From contig CAYVVT010000014.1 of the NCBI GenBank assembly GCA_964454335.1, positions 8,858 through 72,857 on the forward strand: DNA of 64,000 bases, given 5' to 3'. Below, in pieces: positions 25,744-32,313 of the stretch (the first letter of the stretch is position 1; each line of letters opens with the position of its first letter). Source of the stretch: an uncultured Lentisphaeria bacterium (GTDB taxonomy: Bacteria; Fidelibacterota; UBA8477; JABMPR01). Position numbers and translations under genes: made by a program. The notes below the pieces were generated by a model. The model did no database searches and was not told the origin of the DNA. It was given only the letters and a program-made list of their open reading frames with translations.

Positions 25744-26418
25744 ATGAGTGAATACTATCTGGTCGATATGTTCGCCACCAAGGGGCCGGAATACCTGGTC
25801 GTCATCGTCTTCCTTGTGGCCGTTGTTCCATTCTGGAGACTTTTGAACAGCCGCGTGGTCAGACCACAAGCGGTGGCTGCCTTCGAGGCCGGACGCTATT
25901 TCGATCGCACACACACATGGAGTTTCCTTGATCCCGACGGGAACGTCAGGATCGGGATCGACACCTTTCTAGCCAATATCATGGGAGCGGCCAGGATCTC
26001 ATCCGATCATGCCGCCGGAGAATCTATACATCGAGGCGATCCTCTGCTTACGATCCAGCATGAAGGGAAACAGATTGCCATACCCAGTCCGGTGAACGGT
26101 GTCATCAAGCAGAGTAAGGCAGGCACGGTGATCAATAAACAGGATCCCCGCCAATGGCTTGTCTCACTGAAACCGAAACAGTGGGAGCAGGATCAGCAGC
26201 ACCTTATCGCCGGGTCCGGAACCACCGATTGGATCAGGCAGGAGACTGCGCGCTTACGTGATTTCATGGCTTTCACAAGCCGGAAGTACAACTACCAGAC
26301 AGAGCCCGTCACCCTGGCTGATGGTGGTGAACTGCGCAGCGGACTCTTCGAGGACCTGCCGGAGGATATCTGGAAGGAGTTCCAGAGCGAGTTCATCGAT
26401 GCGGTAATGGAGCTGTGA
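25744..26418 (+). CDS. Membrane-anchored GcvH-like protein, paralog 2
   Basis: An N-terminal TM is present (YLVVIVFLVAVVPFW). Core sequence: RTHTWSFLDPDGNVRIGIDTFLANIMGAARIS...GDPLLTIQHEGKQIAIPSPVNGVIKQ. The C-terminal extension ARLRDF...TLADGGE...WKEFQSEFIDAV is shared with paralog 1. Confidence 0.7.
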   Translation: MSEYYLVDMFATKGPEYLVVIVFLVAVVPFWRLLNSRVVRPQAVAAFEAGRYFDRTHTWSFLDPDGNVRIGIDTFLANIMGAARISSDHAAGESIHRGDPLLTIQHEGKQIAIPSPVNGVIKQSKAGTVINKQDPRQWLVSLKPKQWEQDQQHLIAGSGTTDWIRQETARLRDFMAFTSRKYNYQTEPVTLADGGELRSGLFEDLPEDIWKEFQSEFIDAVMEL

Positions 26419-26471
26419 GACAGAATGGATCTGACAGTGAGCTTCCCGTGTTCCAGTTTTAAGGAGTTATA

Positions 26472-27218
26472 ATGCCCCCTCCCACCGAGAACTGCATCTG
26501 GATGGAGGCAGGGGTGCTGGAGTACCAGCTGTGCCCCCTCCATTACAACTGTGACAACTGCGAGATCCACAGGAAGCTCACTGCCCACCTGAGCAGCGCT
26601 GAAGAACATCCGGACAAACCAGCAGCATACATCCCCCTGGGGATCCCCGATGATCCTCAAGGATCTTTCGAAGCCGGATACCAGTACCTGCCGTGTTATC
26701 TCTGGTTGAAGCATATCGCCAAGGATCGAGTGCAGGTTGGCCTACACCCCTTCATGTGGCAGTTCCTGCCTCCCCTGGAAAAGACCCTGTTAGCCAGGGA
26801 GGGCCGTCACATCCAACCAGGTGCCTGCATGTTCTGGTTACATTTCCAGGGTGGCATGATCTGCTGCCGATCACCCATCGAAGGAGCAGTGCTTGCACGG
26901 AACGAAGGTCTGGACGGTGCGATCCTGAATCCCCTGGCCCTGCAGTACGGGTCGGCCTATGAGAACTGGTTATTGACTTTGCAGACAGCGGATCTTGACC
27001 CTGAGAGATTGCAGGTCATGAGTCGAATAGAGACCCTGGAGAGGGTTCAACGTCATCGCAGGCTGTTGGTTCGGCTGGCTCGATCCCCGGAGTATAACCG
27101 CGCAATATCAGAGATAGCTGACCCCCATGGCTCGGTGCTGAAAAAATTAATAACCCCTAAACTCCAGTTCGCAAAATTGTTGAAAAAATTAACAGATCAG
27201 GTTGCATTTGTGTGTTAG
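26472..27218 (+). CDS. Soluble Cys-rich + GcvH-like protein, paralog 3
   Basis: The N-terminal motif is C-x12-C-x5-C-x2-C (CIWMEAGVLEYQLCPLHYNCDNCEIH). A GcvH-like core follows (YLWLKHIAKDRVQVGLHPFMWQFLPPLEKTLLAREGRHIQPGACMFWLHFQGGMICCRSPIEGAVLARNE). There is no TM segment. Confidence 0.6.
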   Translation: MPPPTENCIWMEAGVLEYQLCPLHYNCDNCEIHRKLTAHLSSAEEHPDKPAAYIPLGIPDDPQGSFEAGYQYLPCYLWLKHIAKDRVQVGLHPFMWQFLPPLEKTLLAREGRHIQPGACMFWLHFQGGMICCRSPIEGAVLARNEGLDGAILNPLALQYGSAYENWLLTLQTADLDPERLQVMSRIETLERVQRHRRLLVRLARSPEYNRAISEIADPHGSVLKKLITPKLQFAKLLKKLTDQVAFVC

Positions 27219-27219
27219 A

Positions 27220-27235
27220 TGGCAATAATTTTGCT
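27220..27235 (+). promoter_or_regulatory. Candidate sigma-54 promoter upstream of the sensor kinase, overlapping a perfect 16-bp palindrome
   Basis: TGGCAA-taatt-TTGCT has correct GG-N10-GC spacing. It starts 2 nt after the stop of the previous gene and lies ~35 nt before ATG 27270. The -12 element is the left arm of the palindrome TTGCTTTATAAAGCAA (27231-27246). Confidence 0.45.
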
Positions 27236-27269
27236 TTATAAAGCAATGGTCCATGCGAAGAAATAGGGA

Positions 27270-28913
27270 ATGAACATTCGGCTACCTGTATCATTTAGAC
27301 CTTCAACGCTGTATGGCAGGATCGTGCTGGTCCTGCTGAGTGTTTCGCTGATCTTTTTCAGTCTGGTGGCAGGGCTCCTCTATTTTATCACAACCCAATA
27401 CATGCAGGATATCATAAGCAAGTGCGGAAGTAGAGTGATCACAGTCGTCGAAACCGGCCTGCATCACAGCATGATCGCTGAGGATCATACCCTCATCCAC
27501 GAGGAGATCGCCGTCCTGGGAGCAATGCCCGGTCTGAATGGGATCCACCTGTACGATCAGAATGGGTTCAAACGCTATAGCAGCAGCCCCGCTATCAGTC
27601 CCGTGGATGACAAGGTGAACAGCGGACCCTGCAAGCGATGCCATCCCACGGACACACCCACCAGAATGGAAGCGCAGCACACCTGCATATACATCGACAA
27701 GAGCGGTGAGGCCCGCCAGTTGACCTTACTGGCCCCGGTTTTGAACGAACCAACGTGCAGCGACGCCAGCTGCCATGTCCATCCCGAATCACAGACCATG
27801 CTGGGTATCCTGGAGGTACAACTTTCCCTGGCTGATCTGGACATGGCCACCAGAAGAACATTGATGGATTACGGTTTGATCGTCATTGCCGTCATGCTGA
27901 TAACCACCATCTATGTCCTGTACTTCAGCAAATACCGGATCGCGGGACCACTCCGAAAGATCATCACCGCCAGCAGAGAGGTGAGTAAGGGAGATCTCGA
28001 TCTGCGTCTGGATCTCGAGAGTTCCGGTCTCACTGATATCCAGCAGGTGGAACGGACCTTCAATGAGATGCTGGATACCATCAAAAGCCGCGACAAAGAA
28101 CTGCGCAGATGGTCACGGGACCTTGAGCAGAAGGTCAGGGAGCGTACGGAGGATCTTCAGCGCACTCACCAGGAGCTCTATCACATCGAGCGGATGGCTT
28201 CCCTGGGCAAACTCTCCAGTTCAGTGGTACATGAGATCAATAATCCTCTGTCAGGTGTCGTTACCTATACAAAACTCGTAGCACGCCTGCTGCAGAAACT
28301 GGACCTGCCTGAGGATCGTACCGAGACCCTGCAAAAGCATCTCAGCATGATCGAATCTGAGACCAAACGGTGCGGCAACATCGTGAAGGGTCTTCTGGGC
28401 TTTTCCAGGGAGGGCCGGGGCAACCGCGAGATGGTACACCTGGATCCTGTTCTGCGGGAAGTTGAACAGCTCATGGACCACTCCTTCCACATGGCCGACG
28501 TGGTCCTGGAGACGGAGTTCTCCGCAACAGAGGATAAGCTGTCGGCGAACCCCGGCCAGATCAAGCAGGCCTGCATGGCAGTCCTGCTGAATGCCCTCGA
28601 GGCTGTAGAGCCCCACGAAGGCCTGGTGCTGTTCCGATCATTCAATACGGCGGACGGAGCCTACTGTATCCAGATCAGGGACAACGGCGCGGGGATCGAT
28701 CCTGAAGACCAGGAACATATATTCGAACCATTTTTCTCCACGAAGAAGGAGACCAGCGGGATCGGTCTTGGATTGGCTGTTACTTACGGGATCGTGAAAC
28801 GTCACGATGGTGAGATCAGTGTGGGGTGCATCCCTGGCAAGGCGACGACATTTACAATTAAACTCCCTGTGAATGCTCAGAAGGAGGGGGAAGAAGATGA
28901 CACCAGCACCTGA
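27270..28913 (+). CDS. Sensor histidine kinase (two TM, periplasmic Cys/His-motif domain, HAMP, HisKA, HATPase)
   Basis: TM1 is aa ~18-40 and TM2 is aa ~203-220. The periplasmic loop carries CKRCH (nt 27630-27644) and CSDASCH (nt 27756-27776). HAMP: IAGPLRKIITASREVSKGDLDLRL. H-box: SSVVHEINNPLSG. N-box: LLNALEAV. G1: IRDNGAGI. G2: GIGLGLAV. Confidence 0.9.
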   Translation: MNIRLPVSFRPSTLYGRIVLVLLSVSLIFFSLVAGLLYFITTQYMQDIISKCGSRVITVVETGLHHSMIAEDHTLIHEEIAVLGAMPGLNGIHLYDQNGFKRYSSSPAISPVDDKVNSGPCKRCHPTDTPTRMEAQHTCIYIDKSGEARQLTLLAPVLNEPTCSDASCHVHPESQTMLGILEVQLSLADLDMATRRTLMDYGLIVIAVMLITTIYVLYFSKYRIAGPLRKIITASREVSKGDLDLRLDLESSGLTDIQQVERTFNEMLDTIKSRDKELRRWSRDLEQKVRERTEDLQRTHQELYHIERMASLGKLSSSVVHEINNPLSGVVTYTKLVARLLQKLDLPEDRTETLQKHLSMIESETKRCGNIVKGLLGFSREGRGNREMVHLDPVLREVEQLMDHSFHMADVVLETEFSATEDKLSANPGQIKQACMAVLLNALEAVEPHEGLVLFRSFNTADGAYCIQIRDNGAGIDPEDQEHIFEPFFSTKKETSGIGLGLAVTYGIVKRHDGEISVGCIPGKATTFTIKLPVNAQKEGEEDDTST

Positions 28914-30249
28914 AGATCTGTCCATCCTGGTCGTTGATGATGAACTGGCCGTTCGCGACTCGCTGCAGAACTGGTTCATGGAGGACGGATATATTGTGGC
29001 CACCGCTGAGGATTCAAAGAGCGCTCTGGCCCAGATCAAGGAGCAACATTTCCACATCATCCTGATAGACATCAAGATGCCGGGTATGGACGGCCTGGAA
29101 CTTCACCGGCGCATCCGTCAGATCCACGCGGATGCCATTGTGATCATCATGACAGCCTTTGCTTCCGTCGATTCTGCCGTTGAGGCTCTCAAGGATGGAG
29201 CCTACGACTACGTGTGCAAACCATTCGATCCTGATGCCCTTTCACATATGATCCGCAATGCGGCCCGCCAGCTTGAACTGCAGGAAGAGAATATCAGCCT
29301 CAAGGAACGTATCAAGAACCTTGATAATATCGACGATATCATCGGTACCAGTGAACCAATGCTGCAGGTTCTCGAGAAGGTCCGAGTGGTGGCGGGGACT
29401 GAATCAACCGTGATCATCAGCGGCGAAAGTGGTACGGGCAAAGAATTGATCGCCAAGGCGATCCATATGAATTCAGCACGTCGATTCTTCCCCATGGTGA
29501 CGGTTCATTGTGGTGCCGTTCCGGAGAATCTCCTGGAAAGTGAACTTTTCGGACATGAACGTGGTGCTTTTACAGGGGCCCAATACGCCAGAAAAGGAAA
29601 ATTTGAGATGGCCGATGGGGCTACGATCTTCTTGGATGAGATCGCAACTATCAGCGCCAAGATGCAGGTGGAATTGCTGCGGATCTTGGAAACAAAGACC
29701 TTCACCCGTGTGGGTGGAAACCGCGAAATACGATCTGACTTCCGTATTATCTGCGCCACCAACCGGGATCTGAAGGAGATGGTGGACAAGGGTGAGTTCA
29801 GAGAGGACCTGTACTATCGTCTGAATGTGTTCGATATAAACATCCCACCCTTAAGGGAAAGGACTGATGACATCGAACCCCTTGCACATTATTTCATCGA
29901 GAAGTATGCGCAACAGATGAATCGGCCCACCAGCAAGATCGGCCGTGGTGCAATGAATGCACTGAACCAGTATACCTTCCCCGGGAATGTTCGCGAGTTG
30001 GAGAATATGATCGAGCGAGCCATCGTGGTGGGTGAAGGTGATACGATCCGGGCAAAGAACCTGCCCCTCCGGATCGACAGCACTGCCCCGGGAGTGGAAT
30101 CCATCCAGGACCTGGAGAAGATCCATATCCTGAAGATCCTGGAGAAGTATCACTGGAATGTCTCCAGGACTGCCAGGGCCCTGGAGATCGACAGAGTGAC
30201 CCTGTACAACAAGATGAAGAAGTACGCCATCCAGAAGCCCGGTGCCTGA
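28897..30249 (+). CDS. Sigma-54-dependent response regulator (NtrC family: REC + AAA+ + Fis-type HTH)
   Basis: REC: ILVVDDE, ILIDIKMPGMDG, CKPF. AAA+: GESGTGKELIA, and the GAFTGA loop in ESELFGHERGAFTGA. The C-terminal HTH is NVSRTARALEIDRVTLYNKMKKY. ATG 28897 overlaps the kinase stop. Confidence 0.95.
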   Translation: MTPAPEDLSILVVDDELAVRDSLQNWFMEDGYIVATAEDSKSALAQIKEQHFHIILIDIKMPGMDGLELHRRIRQIHADAIVIIMTAFASVDSAVEALKDGAYDYVCKPFDPDALSHMIRNAARQLELQEENISLKERIKNLDNIDDIIGTSEPMLQVLEKVRVVAGTESTVIISGESGTGKELIAKAIHMNSARRFFPMVTVHCGAVPENLLESELFGHERGAFTGAQYARKGKFEMADGATIFLDEIATISAKMQVELLRILETKTFTRVGGNREIRSDFRIICATNRDLKEMVDKGEFREDLYYRLNVFDINIPPLRERTDDIEPLAHYFIEKYAQQMNRPTSKIGRGAMNALNQYTFPGNVRELENMIERAIVVGEGDTIRAKNLPLRIDSTAPGVESIQDLEKIHILKILEKYHWNVSRTARALEIDRVTLYNKMKKYAIQKPGA

Positions 30250-30315
30250 TCCCAGCGAATGATCTGAAGGTAATGCTTCAATGCTATTCCCTGCATCACA
30301 GTCACCCGGAATATC

Positions 30316-30885
30316 ATGATGCCTGTGGCATCCACTGAGATCGTCCTGGTCTCCCTCCAGTTCGATCACGACCTGCTCATGGAGGAAATGCATCATGCCA
30401 TCCAGGGGGAAACAGGTATCAGGACCCGTATTGATGAATGCCATCATGATATCGCCCCCTTCTATGATGCCGGCCGTTCCCAGTACAATGCCGATCTGCT
30501 GCTGAAACATCTGGATGATTATTATCCCCGGGATGAAACCCGGGTGGTTGGAATAACAGGCGTCGATCTATTTACGCCGATCCTGTCATTCCTGTTCGGG
30601 CAGGCATACCTTGGCGGGAAATCCGCCATCGTTTCCGGATTCAGATTGAAGAATGAACGGTATGGGCTACCGCCAGATGAAGAATTATTTCAGCAGAGGC
30701 TGCTCAAGGGAGTCATGCATGAACTGGGTCATTCATTCGGCTTGAAACATTGTGTGAACCCGGATTGCGTCATGGTAGCCTCCACCTACGTAGAGGATGT
30801 GGACCACAAGAACAGTCACTACTGCAGTCGTTGTCGCGCCACACTGGTAGATCTAGATTGCATTCCCGGGCATGGTCGAGAATAG
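30316..30885 (+). CDS. Archaemetzincin-like zinc metalloprotease (peptidase M54)
   Basis: HELGHSFGLKHCVNPDCVMVAS...YCSRCRA fits the archaemetzincin signature HExxHxxGxxxCxxxxCxM...CxxC. Confidence 0.8.
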   Translation: MMPVASTEIVLVSLQFDHDLLMEEMHHAIQGETGIRTRIDECHHDIAPFYDAGRSQYNADLLLKHLDDYYPRDETRVVGITGVDLFTPILSFLFGQAYLGGKSAIVSGFRLKNERYGLPPDEELFQQRLLKGVMHELGHSFGLKHCVNPDCVMVASTYVEDVDHKNSHYCSRCRATLVDLDCIPGHGRE

Positions 30886-30904
30886 ACCAGCGAACAGGCC
30901 TGGC

Positions 30905-31303
30905 TCAGCCACTTAGATATTTATCCAGGATCTCCTTGAGTTGATCAAATTGGTATGGTTTTGAGATATATTCATTGAAACCGACGCGCTTGAAATCATT
31001 CAGATGATCTTTGGCGAAAGCAGTGATGGCGACTGCTGGTATCTCCGCAAAGCGTGGTAACTGCTTCAGTTGCTCACAGAGCGTAATGCCATCGATCCCC
31101 GGTCCCAGAGCAATATCCAGCAACAGGATATCAAGATTCTGATCCTCCACCATCGCCAGTGCACTCTCCCCACTCTCCGCAGCCACAAATTCCATGTCCA
31201 ATCTCTTCAGCATGAAGGTGAGGTACTGCCGGGAGGCGAAATCGTCCTCTACTACCAGAGCTTTCACTATGCTGTACTTGTTCACCGATAATCCCTCCTG
31301 CAT
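30905..31303 (-). CDS. Stand-alone response-regulator receiver protein
   Basis: ALVVEDD, ILLLDIALGPGIDG, AVAITAF and ISKPY are present. There is no output domain. Confidence 0.85.
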   Translation of the reverse strand: MQEGLSVNKYSIVKALVVEDDFASRQYLTFMLKRLDMEFVAAESGESALAMVEDQNLDILLLDIALGPGIDGITLCEQLKQLPRFAEIPAVAITAFAKDHLNDFKRVGFNEYISKPYQFDQLKEILDKYLSG

Positions 31304-31502
31304 CTTCCCGGTGTGAGAGACGATGACAGAAACTGTTTCCGTTGTGAATAATTTAATCCCCGGGATGCGGTTTTGACAGGGAATGCAAATTAACGTGACC
31401 CGTAGAGAATTGAGACAAAAAGTGGTGCCTGGTCCTGGTTTTCAGGATCAAACCCTTCGCTACTGTTGTGATCTGTAACACTTATCAGACTGCTTATTGA
31501 TC

Positions 31503-31536
31503 AAAATATATGGGGCCGGAAATCTCAATTCCGACC
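31503..31536 (-). terminator. Possible intrinsic terminator after the receiver gene 31615-31983
   Basis: The minus-strand hairpin GGTCGGAA-ttgagat-TTCCGGCC has 8 bp including one G-U pair. It is followed by CCATATATTTTGA, so the T-run is separated from the stem and the signal is weak. Confidence 0.3.
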
Positions 31537-31614
31537 ATGGAAGGTGAGCCAGCCTGTTTGGTGTATTCGATTGAGATGAGTGGTTGGGATAATTCCCAGG
31601 GAACGAATTCTTGC

Positions 31615-31983
31615 TCAGTACTGCTTCGTGTATTTCTCGATGGTCTGTTTCAGATCCGACAGGGAATAGGGTTTTTCAAGAAGATCACTGAATCCTTCGT
31701 CACCCATTTCCTTTATGGCATTACGGGGAAACGCAGTAACGGCTATTGCGGGAGTTTTGGCGTATTTTGCGTTTTGCTTAAGATGCTTGCACAGGTCAGC
31801 ACCATTCATCCCGGGTCCCAGGGCGATGTCGATGAGCATGAGATCAACGCTCTGGCCCTGGATCAGATCCTGGGCTTCTTCACTGTTATTGGCCGCCAGG
31901 GCACTTACATCCAGCTGCCGCAGAAGTTCCAACAGATACTGGCGACAGGCCATGTTGTCTTCGACAACTAATGATCTGATCAT
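31615..31983 (-). CDS. Stand-alone response-regulator receiver protein
   Basis: SLVVEDN, LMLIDIALGPGMNG, AIAVTAF and LEKPY are present. It is a close paralog of 30905-31303. Confidence 0.85.
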   Translation of the reverse strand: MIRSLVVEDNMACRQYLLELLRQLDVSALAANNSEEAQDLIQGQSVDLMLIDIALGPGMNGADLCKHLKQNAKYAKTPAIAVTAFPRNAIKEMGDEGFSDLLEKPYSLSDLKQTIEKYTKQY

Positions 31984-32210
31984 GAACTAGCGATCCATGT
32001 CCTTAATATAAAACCAAGCCGATGTCTCAAATTAATATGGGTTATATTAACAAACCAAATTGCGAACGCAAGGTTTTCGATCCCCTGTTCTCCCCCATCT
32101 CTGAATTCCTGCACCAGCAGCCCACTCCAGCTCAGCTTAATGGTCTTGTGAACAACCGTAAACCGCTTTGTTCAGACAAGGGGCAGGCGGACCGGGGGGA
32201 ATAGCATCTT

Positions 32211-32303
32211 GAACACAGAATGTAGAATCCCGCCAATGGCGGGGGATCAAGGAACACCGAATTAAGAAGAAAGCTGGACGATGGACTCAGGTGTTCTGAG
32301 ATT
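32211..32303. repeat. Intergenic repeat, copy A (with 34-nt net insertion carrying a CCCGCC-aat-GGCGGG hairpin)
   Basis: GAACACAGAAT...CGAATTAAGAAGAAAGCTGGACGATGGACTCAGGTGTTCTGAGATTGGG aligns with 36657-36718. Its terminal inverted segments are GAACAC(C)/(G)GTGTTC. Confidence 0.6.
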
Positions 32304-32313
32304 GGGCACCTGG

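Noticed and set aside
31360-31385. A sigma-54-like sequence upstream of receiver gene 30905-31303. The minus strand reads GGGTCAC-gttaat-TTGCA.
   Set aside because: The spacing between the GG and GC dinucleotides is 12-13 nt instead of 10, and the -24 element is GGTCAC. This is not a credible -24/-12 promoter.
32208-32300. A possible conserved micro-peptide (…RIKKK-x-x-RWT-x-VF*) encoded by the two-copy intergenic repeat.
   Set aside because: Only copy B has an ATG. In copy A the 34-nt indel shifts the frame and an in-frame stop precedes the conserved part. The conservation is better explained at the nucleotide or RNA level.
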